NCBI GenBank assembly: GCA_002269645.1
Contig: NIVC01000864.1
Span: forward strand, 124,001-188,000
Reading direction: 5' to 3'
From: Macrostomum lignano
Taxonomy: Eukaryota
Length of the DNA stretch: 64,000 nucleotides
Positions 55,701 through 64,000 of this stretch are shown here, piece after piece; position 1 is the first letter of the stretch, and every line of letters starts with the position of its first letter. The position numbers and the translations under genes are program-made. Under the pieces are notes generated by a model. It did not search any database, was not told the DNA's origin, and saw only the letters and a list, made by a program, of their open reading frames with translations.

Positions 55701-57569
55701 ACGCAGCAAAGACAGACGCAGGAATTCAAGCCGCGCTGAGTGCCATCAAGACAGGAAACTGGAACACACACGACTCGGTACAACGCGCACTAAAAGCCAT
55801 CAGCAGCGAACTGACAGAAGACAATGGAATGCTACTTCGAGGAGACCTCATTGTCGTCCCAGAGTCACTACGGAGACCAATTTTGCAACTGGCCCACACC
55901 GGACATCTTGGTGCCGATCGAACACTCAAGCGTCTGCAGACCAAAGTCTGGTGGCCAGGGATGCGCAGTGACTGTGGTGCTTTCGTGAAATGCTGCATTC
56001 CTTGTCAAGCGTCGGACACTCTTACCAATCAGACACCTCTGAGACCGACAAAGTTACCCGAGGGTCCCTGGCAGCAACTTGGAATGGACTTCTTCGGACC
56101 TGTTCAAGGCCAAATGCTTCTAGTTACCACGGACCTGTATTCTAAATACCCGGAGATCAACATTTTGAGCTCGACAACAGCAGAGAGTGTAAAACCGCAT
56201 CTGAGGAGACTTTTCAGCAGGCACGGCGTTCCAGTCGAAGTCGTGACAGACAACGGACCTCCTTTCAGTTCGGCCGATTTTCGTAGCTTTCTAGCCGACT
56301 TCGGAGTCCATCATCGCCTCATCTGCCCGCTGCATCCGGAGTCCAATGGGGCCACCGAGCGCCTCAATCGAAGCATCGGCAAAGCAGTGAAAACCGCAGT
56401 TTCTGAAGGTCGCAATTGGAGAGAAGCCATCGAAGACTGGCTGCTGGCTTTCCGCACGACACCACACAGGGCTACCGGACGCACTCCTGCAGAGCTTCTA
56501 ATGGGCAGAAAAATGAACGACGGAATCCCGACTAGCAAACCGTTCGTTCCAACAGCCGGTGAGGTCCACGACACTGTTAGAGCCTGGAATCGCAAGTATG
56601 CCGACAGCATGAAGCAGCAATTTGACACGCGCAACGCAGTGAAGGATCACAGCATCCAACCCGGCAACCAAGTGCTCCGCAAACAACAGACGCGAAACAA
56701 ACTGCAACTGCCTTTCGAGCCTCTGCCATGGACGGTAAAGGAAGTTCGAGGAGACACCTGCATCTTAGAGCGAGGGCGACAGTCCTGCATGCGCCATGTA
56801 ACGCATCTGCGACCTATCAGCCAACCTGCCTCTGCCGGCCAGCCGGCCTCAGCCGGCCAACCTGCCTTAGCCGGCCAGCCTGCCTCAGCCGGCCAACCTG
56901 CCTCAGCCGGCCAGCCTGCCTCAGCCGGCCAACCTGCCTCAGCCGGCCAACCTGTCTCTGCCGACCAACCTGCCTCAGCCGGCCAACCTGCCTCAGCCAG
57001 CCAACCTGCCTCTGCCGGCCAGCCTGCCTCAGCCGGCCAACCTGCCTCAGCCGGCCAGCCTGTCTCTGCCGGCCAACCTGCCTCGGCCGGCCAGCCTGTC
57101 TCTGCCGGCCAGCCTGTGTCTGCCGGCCAACCTGCCTCAGCCGGCCAGCCTGTGTCCGCCGGCCAGCCCGCCGGCCAGAGGGACTTCCTAGCCTTCAGGA
57201 GGCATCCACGTGAGGCTAAAGAGGGGCCGAAAATTTACAAATGACAAACGCTGTTTGAATCACTAACTGAACTGACAACAACAATATTATTTTTATTCCC
57301 TTCAACTGATTTACTGACAATAACAATATTTTTTCTTTCCGTCAGCTGTTTTTTTATTCCTCATCACTTTTTCCTTAGGGGGGAAGAATTGTAGGCTTGC
57401 GCCTTAGCAGTGTCATTCTATATCGGCGTACATTCAACTCTCTAACCATGCACGCGATAACCCCCCATTGACTAATATTTAAATACACGCATTGGCATTT
57501 ACTCGTATTTGGAGCTTTGCTATCTGTATCGATCCAAGCAAACTCACACGGCTTGTCAGACTTCCTACA
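52746..57569 (+). mobile_element. Full-length Ty3/Gypsy LTR retrotransposon C
   Basis: 180-bp LTRs at 52746-52925 and 57390-57569 (TGTAGG...CCTACA; one mismatch seen, 52870 A vs 57514 G); 5-bp TSD AACAG at 52741-52745 and 57570-57574; PBS-like TGGCGTCGC from 52927; PPT AGGGGGGAAGAAT at 57377-57389. Confidence 0.97.
52961..57244 (+). CDS. Element C intact gag-pol polyprotein (Gag with two Cys/His knuckles, protease, RT, RNase H, integrase, QPASAG-repeat tail)
   Basis: CYRCGQKGHSTC and CLNCGKTNHLAKAC, VDSGASCS, VHDDVIV, VDASPIGLGA, HTGH...CIPC, MDFFGP/TDNGP/NGATE. First ATG at 52961; the track start at 52865 is a TTG in the LTR. Confidence 0.95.
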   Translation: MATNYVSLPPPEPFSIISDPHNAGKRWSEWSARFQDFIDASGITNENQRCKLLSYTAGKEIADIIRALPPPAEGNQTTLDNTLNALKQQFDERKNIVFARYQFRNCIQQQGEKIEAWYSRMRASAEACEFENLKDSLIRDQLVATCTSDKLRRRLLQETNISLDEALRKARAFEAAEEQASEMQKTDSQVASVTRSNKPRMNGREASSTASSSSSSSSRQSQQQTCYRCGQKGHSTCDLARGKICLNCGKTNHLAKACRKARSSNNTIRSQVSANLVSTSPEPNFDASIGEDVFGLCKDSSYPADVSLTVEIGDCKLPVMVDSGASCSIMSIKTFRQLGDQRIRTTKVKVHAYGTPEPLKIIGTASLGIKIGTASATVPFHVLDGDGLTILGRQAAFELGILHIQRPILSQTEDVNSNVKAAEGYKSQNIQDILHQHKKVFDGIGCIKGVQVEVQLSDNAAPVCHPPARVAAHLRESVIKELKDLERQDIIEPVKGPCAWVARMVVVPKDDGGVRICQDLRNLNAYVIPEKQQIPTLDEVTEEMSGAKLFSELDIRKAFYQIPVHENSRHLFTFSTPLGLMRLKRLSMGFTNASEILQRVMLGVLSGIDGVRWVHDDVIVYASDLQEHCKRLEACLQRLEEFGITLNKCKFAVPAVEFLGMRLSAKGVQPANEKIEAMKHFRQPTNVSEVRSFLGTANFLAKFIPNFADVSAPLRRLTKKGETFEWTASHSKAFEEIKLIISKAETLAFFDRKHQTELIVDASPIGLGAILTQKQPDGICRPVAYASRALSQVEQRYAQIEWEALAIKFGCLKFENYLAGDPSFTVVTDHRPLLPLFRPGSRPPPRIERMVLRIQHLRFNLVYRPGPSNPADLLSRQPLPEIRKNWGEVFDTAYVNAVSTGAVPKGFSAEQIRDAAKTDAGIQAALSAIKTGNWNTHDSVQRALKAISSELTEDNGMLLRGDLIVVPESLRRPILQLAHTGHLGADRTLKRLQTKVWWPGMRSDCGAFVKCCIPCQASDTLTNQTPLRPTKLPEGPWQQLGMDFFGPVQGQMLLVTTDLYSKYPEINILSSTTAESVKPHLRRLFSRHGVPVEVVTDNGPPFSSADFRSFLADFGVHHRLICPLHPESNGATERLNRSIGKAVKTAVSEGRNWREAIEDWLLAFRTTPHRATGRTPAELLMGRKMNDGIPTSKPFVPTAGEVHDTVRAWNRKYADSMKQQFDTRNAVKDHSIQPGNQVLRKQQTRNKLQLPFEPLPWTVKEVRGDTCILERGRQSCMRHVTHLRPISQPASAGQPASAGQPALAGQPASAGQPASAGQPASAGQPASAGQPVSADQPASAGQPASASQPASAGQPASAGQPASAGQPVSAGQPASAGQPVSAGQPVSAGQPASAGQPVSAGQPAGQRDFLAFRRHPREAKEGPKIYK

Positions 57570-58068
57570 AACAGGTACCACACTCCAATCTAACAGGTGC
57601 CACACTCCTATCTAACAGGTACCACACTCCTATCTAACAGGTGCCACACTCCTATCTAACAGGTGTCACACTCCAATCTAACAGGTACCACACTCCTATC
57701 TAACAGGTGTCACACTCCTATCTAACAGGTGTCACACTCCTATCTAACAGGTACCACACTCCAATCTAACAGGTACCACACTCCTATCTAACAGGTGTCA
57801 CACTCCTATCTAACAGGTGCCACACTCCTATCTAACAGGTAACACACTCCTATCTAACAGGTGCCACACTCCTATCTAACAGGTGCCACACTCCTATCTA
57901 ACAGGTGTCACACTCCTATCTAACAGGTGCCACACCTATATCTAACAGGTGCCACACTCCTATCTAACAGGTAACAAACTCCTATCTAACAGAAACGATG
58001 TCAGTGTTAATCTCCTTGCTCGCACTCAATCAGCACTACACGCATCGCTTCCTAGCCAGGCGACTTGC

Positions 58069-58356
58069 CTGCAAAGCTGCCGCACAAGTTCAATTCCTTG
58101 CAGATTTCCATCTCTCCAGCAGCGTTCACGTAGCACCTCCGAGTCGATTCGAACCCGCGACTACCTTCAGCTCCAGAGTTCATCCCGGCTGGATGGCATC
58201 GGTTGGCGGGAGGCAGGCAACGCTGTCCTGACCGACTGCCGACGGCCACGAAGCAGCCGTCCGGTTGGTGGGCGGGGCCGGACAGCGAGGCGAGGCTCTG
58301 GCAGGGACTGCCAGGAGGTGGCAGCGAGTCACAGTCTGGCAGCAGCTGGTGAAACT
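58069..58356 (-). CDS. ROR: ROR exon 5/7: end of the CRD and a divergent kringle-like domain
   Basis: Acceptor cgttcag|; LPDCDSLPPPGSPC...CFVAVGSRSGQRC...CYVN...EICKELNLC; ends at an AG|GCAAGT (GC) donor, phase 1/1. Confidence 0.8.
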
Positions 58357-58603
58357 CTGAACGGTTGGTGATTGGTGGGGGTGGCGGTGCCATCTCACCC
58401 CATCCAATTCAATTCCATCCGATCTCATCTCATTGTATCTCCTCTCCTCCCATCCCATCCCATCTTATCTCATCACATCCTATCTCATTCTATCCCATCT
58501 ATTTTAAATCCACGGAATTCCATCCAGCTCATTGAGTCCAGTTTTACCTCTAACAATGGCCCCATCAAATCCCGTATCTCTCAGAGAAAGCTGAAAAACT
58601 CAC

Positions 58604-58864
58604 GCGCTCCAAAACTGCTGAGGCTGTCATAATAACCCAGACTGACGTTCAGTTTGATGAAGCTGTCCCGGCAATGGTTGCCAAGCGTCAGCCGCTTGCA
58701 GTCCTCCTGGCACAGACGCCGAACTCGCTGGCGCCGAAGTCTGACACCGACGACTTTGCGGCCGCTCACGGCTGAGTCGCAGGCTGGGAAACTGTGCCGA
58801 CAGACAGCCTCCATCAGGGCCGGCAGGCAGGTCTCCCTTGTCAGATCGTGCATCATATTTAGCA
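58604..58864 (-). CDS. ROR: ROR exon 4/7: Frizzled-type cysteine-rich domain
   Basis: Acceptor ttttgcag|, donor |gtgagt; CLPALMEAVCRHSFPACD...RLCQEDCKRL...HC. Confidence 0.88.
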
Positions 58865-58934
58865 CTGCAAAATAGTTATGGTATGTGAAAAAAGCTTTGA
58901 TTGTAATTCAAATACATCTGACACCAACAACCCC

Positions 58935-59100
58935 CACCTCACTCCGCGGCCCCGTCACTCCATTCGCCAACGCTTGAAAGGCTTCACCCTATTGGCTGGC
59001 ACTGACAGCCACCTCACTCCGCGTCCCCGTTACTCTATTGGCCGACGCTTGAAAAGCTTCACCCTATTGGCTGGCACTGACAGCCACCTCACTCCGCATC
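58935..59100. repeat. About 75-bp tandem duplication (about 2.2 copies) in ROR intron 3
   Basis: CCACCTCACTCCGCG...GCTTCACCCTATTGGCTGGCACTGACAG occurs twice, followed by a partial third copy. Confidence 0.8.
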
Positions 59101-59521
59101 CAACTCCAACTCCGACTGACACAGGCAACCAACCAGTCTTCTGCCACCATAACGCTAGAAAATGTGAAAACTTATAGCTAAATTAGCTATTTAATTCAAG
59201 GATTATGCAGTCTCGGTTGAACGCATGCAACTATACAAATGTACTTAGTATCCGAACTGACACTTTCACTTTTCACTACCCTTTTTACAGTTCCCAGATT
59301 GTCGCAGTCATACTCATAGCCATAAATCTCATCGATAACGAATGCCTGAAATGGACTACAAGAACCAATCTTCCTTTTAGTAGCCTTCTGAGGACCTGAT
59401 TCTTCCATTTTTCCATTAGTCCCATTCACTCAGTTCCCAGTTGGATATAAAATCATAGTTTTATGAAGGCCAGGTAATCAAATTGTCAAACAGAATATTT
59501 ATGGTCCAGTTGTGTGCTCAC

Positions 59522-59784
59522 ATCGCCTCAGCGTCTCCTCCCTGTCCCTCTGGAACCGGTCCGCTCGAGCTAAGGCGAGCCGCCCGGTCAGGAAGCCGCT
59601 GCAGACACTGGTCCTGAAGGTCTGGCAGTGTCCCAGCGGGCTGCATCGGTTGTTGTCGTCGTCGAACTCTTTGTCCTGGCCAGTGACAAAGAGCTGCGCA
59701 TCTGTGCTGAGCGTCCCCTTGGCGTTGGTGGCAACGCAGCGGTACTGCCCGGCGTCTGAGCGGCGCAGGCACCTTATTTTCAGG
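59522..59784 (-). CDS. ROR: ROR exon 3/7: Ig domain C-terminal half and start of the CRD
   Basis: LKIRCLRRSDAGQYRCVATNAKG...LFV...HCQTFRTSVCSGFL; acceptor ttgccag|, donor |gtgagc, phase 2/1. Confidence 0.9.
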
Positions 59785-59919
59785 CTGGCAAGTTAGGGCA
59801 TTGCGCTAGACAGACTATTGATAGTAGTAGTTAGTAAATTGGAAGTTTTCACATTTATCTTTTAATTATATTTCCCTCAGGACCTGCTACACGAATCTAT
59901 GCAAAGTACTTCATTATTC

Positions 59920-60440
59920 AGTGCCTTCGTCTCACACTCATACTGCCTTCATCCCACACTCATACTGCCTTCATCCCACACCCATACTGCCTTCATCCCA
60001 CACCCATACTGCCTTCATCCCACACCCATACTGCCTTCATCCCACACCTATACTGCCTTCATCCCACACTCATACTGCCTTTATCCCACACCCATACTAC
60101 CTTCATCCCACACCTTATACTGCCTTCATCCCACACCCATACTACCTTCATCCCACACCCATACTACCTTCATCCCACACCCCAGTGGCCTCATCCCACA
60201 CCCCAGTGGCCTCATCCCACACCCCAGTGGCTTCATCCCACACCGCAGTGGCTTCATCCCACACCGCAGTGGCTTCATCCCGCACCCCAGTGGCCTCATC
60301 CCACACCGCAGTGGCTTCATCCCACACCGCAGTGGCTTCATCCCGCACCGCAGTGGCTTCATCCCGCACCCCAGTGGCCTCATCCCACACCGCAGTGGCC
60401 TCATCCCACACCGCAGTGGCTTCATCCCACACCGCAGTGC
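59920..60440. repeat. Compound minisatellite in ROR intron 2: a 22-bp unit (CATACTGCCTTCATCCCACACC) followed by a 21-bp unit (CCAGTGGCCTCATCCCACACC)
   Basis: Shared TCATCCCACACC core; the switch is near 60180. Confidence 0.92.
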
Positions 60441-60453
60441 CACCCGAACTCAC

Positions 60454-60693
60454 GATGAGCCGAACTGCTCCACCCGCACGGAGAACCTCGGCCAGTTGTC
60501 CACCTCGACGCCGTCCTTCAGCCAACGGTAGCGCGGCACCGGCTTCCCAATGATGTCGCAGATCAGCCTCACCTGCCTGCCCGCCTCTGCCGTCCTGCTG
60601 ATCATCGCTCTGGACAGCCGGATGTGGCCGCTGCCGGGGACGCCTTCGAGACCCGTGGTTCCGGTCGGGTGCTCTCGCTTGATGCCGTCGGGA
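60454..60693 (-). CDS. ROR: ROR exon 2/7: Ig domain N-terminal half
   Basis: GRQVRLICDIIGKPVPRYRWLKDG...FSVRVEQFGS; acceptor accgcag|, donor |gtgagt, phase 2/2. Confidence 0.9.
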
Positions 60694-60861
60694 CTGCGGT
60701 GAGATAAAATTTATCATCTGCACTCCCTGCCTCAAACTGATTATTTCACTTTTGGTTTCAAGTGGGAGGGGAGTGTATTTATTTGTTATTGACACACTGG
60801 TTACTTATTGATTTCTTGATTGATGTATTGATGTATAGATCATAGATTGATTTATTGGTTG

Positions 60862-61250
<389 letters not shown>

Positions 61251-61358
61251 TTAGAGGTTGATTTATACAGCGCTTATTTTACATCAATCATAAGTCATAA
61301 GAGCAGCGAGTCGCATAAATGATTGAGTAAAAATTTTTAAAGTGTGAGACGGACTCAC

Positions 61359-61468
61359 ATTTCCACCGGCAGGTTTGCCGAGTCAGTCTCATCAGCTCTC
61401 GCTTCAGAACCTGTCAATCCCAGACTTAGCAGGCATAGCAGAGCAGCCAGTCGTATATGAGACCGCAT
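61359..61468 (-). CDS. ROR: ROR exon 1/7 (signal peptide); full protein about 835 aa
   Basis: MRSHIRLAALLCLLSLGLTGSEARA-DETDSANLPVE; donor |gtgagt, phase 2, joins exon 2. The seven exons total 2508 nt with consistent phases. Confidence 0.82.
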
Positions 61469-61629
61469 CTCCTAGTACTCGACTGTCGGCTTACTGGAGA
61501 AAATTGGCAGGCAAGTTGTTTATGCACTTGTCAGCTGCTCACAATGCCGCTTTTCATTGCTAAAGACAGTTTGCTAAATCTTGCTTTGATTCCTGAGCCA
61601 CTAGTCTGCGGAACCAGCCTTCCTGCTAC

Positions 61630-62400
61630 CCTTCACACTCTCCTTTGTACACCTCACTCTCTCCTTTGTACACCTCACTCTCTCCTTTGTACACCCCACT
61701 CTCTCCTTTGTACACCTCACTCTCTCCTTTGTACACCTCACTCTCTCCTTTGTACACCTCACTCTCTCCTTTGTACACCTCACTCTCTCCTTTGTACACC
61801 TCACTCTCTCCTTTGTACACCTCACTCTCTCCTTTGTACACCCCACTCTCTCCTTTGTACATCTCAATCTCTCCTTCTACACCTCACTCTCTCCTATATC
61901 TCACTCATTCTACACCTCACTCACTCATTCTACACCTCACTCTCTCCTACATCTCACTCATTCTACACCTCACTCTCTCCTACATCTCACTCATTCTACA
62001 CCTCACTCTCTCCTACATCTCACTCATTCTACACCTCACTCTCTCCTACATCTCACTCATTCTACACCTCACTCTCTCCTACATCTCACTCATTCTATAC
62101 CTCACTCTCTCCTACATCTCACTCATTCTACACCTCACTCTCTCCTACATCTCACTCAGTCTACACCTCGCTCTCTCCTACATCTCACTCATTCTACACC
62201 TCCCTCTCTCCTTCTACATCTCACTCATTCTACACCTCACTCTCTCCTACATCTCACTCATTCTACACCTCACTCTCTCCTACATCTCACTCATTCTACA
62301 CCTCACTCTCTCCTACATCTCACTCATTCTACACCTCACTCTCTCCTACATCTCACTCATTCTACACCTCCCTCTCTCCTTCTACATCTCACTCATTCTA
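61630..62400. repeat. Compound minisatellite: a 21-bp unit (CACCTCACTCTCTCCTTTGTA) followed by a 33-bp unit (CACCTCACTCTCTCCTACATCTCACTCATTCTA)
   Basis: Visible; the switch is near 61865. Confidence 0.93.
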
Positions 62401-62944
62401 CACCTGACCGCCTTCTCATATTCCATTTTCACGCCAACCTCGCCCTATCCATTGAACCTAAAAGTCATTCACGTCGATCAAAAGTCACCCTAGGCTCTGA
62501 CCAAAGTCGGGTGTTTAATTTCAGGCTCCCTACGTCTAGATACTCGTAAGACATACGATGCAATTATTGTAGCCGGGCAAGCCGCCAAGCAGCCACCTGC
62601 GCGACTAGGAGATGCTTGCTTAACTAAGGAAAGAAGTTTGCAACAGAGAGGCAGTTAACAAGTTTAGCTGGGTGACGAAGGGAAGAGGGAGAAAGTTGGT
62701 AAAGGGACATGTAAGGCTCTTGCTAGGTGGCCGACACAATACCCATAACACATGCCGCTGCGCACAGCCATGACTCACCGCCCTGACCTGCGCGGGCCTC
62801 TGGCGCAGTCATTAACCTGGCTGCGTAAAGTGTGACTAGGCCAGTAAGCATTCCGTTTTCTGGGCACAGCACTTACAGTTGAAGATCGGCTGGGGTGGCA
62901 TTTTTGCGATGATTGAAAATTATTTTTCTGTCCGTATTCTCTCA

Positions 62945-64000
62945 TTGTCACTCTCTCGCTGATCCCTGTCACTCTCTCGCTGATCCCTGTCACTCTCTTA
63001 CTGATCCCTGTCACTCTCTCTCACTGATCCCTGTCACTCTCTCGCTGATCCCTGTCACTCTCTCGCTGATCCCTGTCACTCTCTCTCTGATCCCTGTCAC
63101 TCTCTCGCTGATCCCTGTCACTCTCTCGCTGATCCCTGTCACTCTCTCGCTGATCCCTGTCACTCTCTCTCACTGATCCCTGTCACTCTAGCTCTCACTG
63201 ATCCCTGTCACTCTCTTACTGATCCCTGTCACTCTAGCTCTCACTGATCCGTCACTCACTGATCCCTGTCACTCTAGCTCTCACTGATCCGTCACTCACT
63301 GATCCCTGTCACTCTAGCTCTCACTGATCCGTCACTCACTGATCCCTGTCACTCTCTCGCTGATTCCTTTCACTCTCTTACTGATCCCTTTCACTCTAGC
63401 TCTCACTGATCCCTGTCACTCTCTTACTGATCCCTGTCACTCTCTTACTGATCCCTGTCACTCTCTAACTTATCCCTGTCACTCTCTCTCACTGATCCCT
63501 GTCACTCTCTCGCTGATCCCTGTCACTCTCTCGCTGATCCCTGTTACTCTCTCGCTGATCCCTGTCACTCTCTCTTGCTGATCCCTGTCACTCTCTCTTA
63601 CTGATCCCTGTCACTCTAGCTCTCACTGATCCGTCACTCACTGATCCCTGTCACTCTCTCGCTGATCCCTGTCACTCTCTCGCTGATCCCTGTCACTCTC
63701 TCTTGCTGATCCCTGTCACTCTCTCTTACTGATCCCTGTCACTCTAGCTCTCACTGATCCGTCACTCACTGATCCCTGTCACTCTCTCGCTGATTCCTTT
63801 CACTCCTTACTGATTCCTTTCACTCTAGCTCTCACTGATCCCTGTCACTCTCTTACTGATCCCTGTCACTCTCTTACTGATCACTGTCACTCTCTTACTG
63901 ATCCCTGTCACTCTCTTACTGATCCCTGTCACTCTTTTACTGATCCCTGTCACTCTCTTACTGATCCCTGTCACTCTCTTACTGATCCCTGTCACTCTCT
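62945..64000. repeat. About 21-bp minisatellite (CTGATCCCTGTCACTCTCTCG), running off the window end
   Basis: Visible copies. Confidence 0.94.

Larger units (their letters stand above)
50205..57975. repeat. 22-bp satellite (CTAACAGGTGCCACACTCCTAT) filling ROR intron 5, interrupted by element C
   Basis: Array at 50205-52745 and 57570-57975, continuous across the insertion site. Confidence 0.96.

Overview
Eukaryotic (animal) genomic DNA, not prokaryotic. GC-rich spliced exons are separated by introns and spacers largely filled with unrelated minisatellites. I infer a flatworm such as Macrostomum from the style of the sequence; this is not proven. Genes reconstructed by hand from splice sites and reading phase: the 3' end of an FN3-domain surface protein (+), a 5-exon tetraspanin (-), a 3-exon CWF19L1 (+), and a 7-exon ROR-type receptor (pseudo)kinase (-) with one GC-AG intron. 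A tandem cluster of NPY/NPF-family precursor genes (+) lies at 40.7-47.6 kb. Mobile DNA comprises a Tc1/mariner relic and three young Ty3/Gypsy LTR retrotransposons: one intact (13437-28923, -), a second nested in its 5' LTR (22187-28741, +), and a third inside a 22-bp satellite in a ROR intron (52746-57569, +). Two observations stand out. (1) The NPF genes are intronless and two of them encode THREE NPF-like amidated peptides each, whereas this family normally has one peptide per precursor and an intron in the RxRF codons. (2) The intact Gypsy polyprotein carries an in-frame cold-shock (CSD/OB-fold) RNA-binding domain between its CCHC knuckle and protease. All alignments and identity counts were made by eye; no database searches were run.
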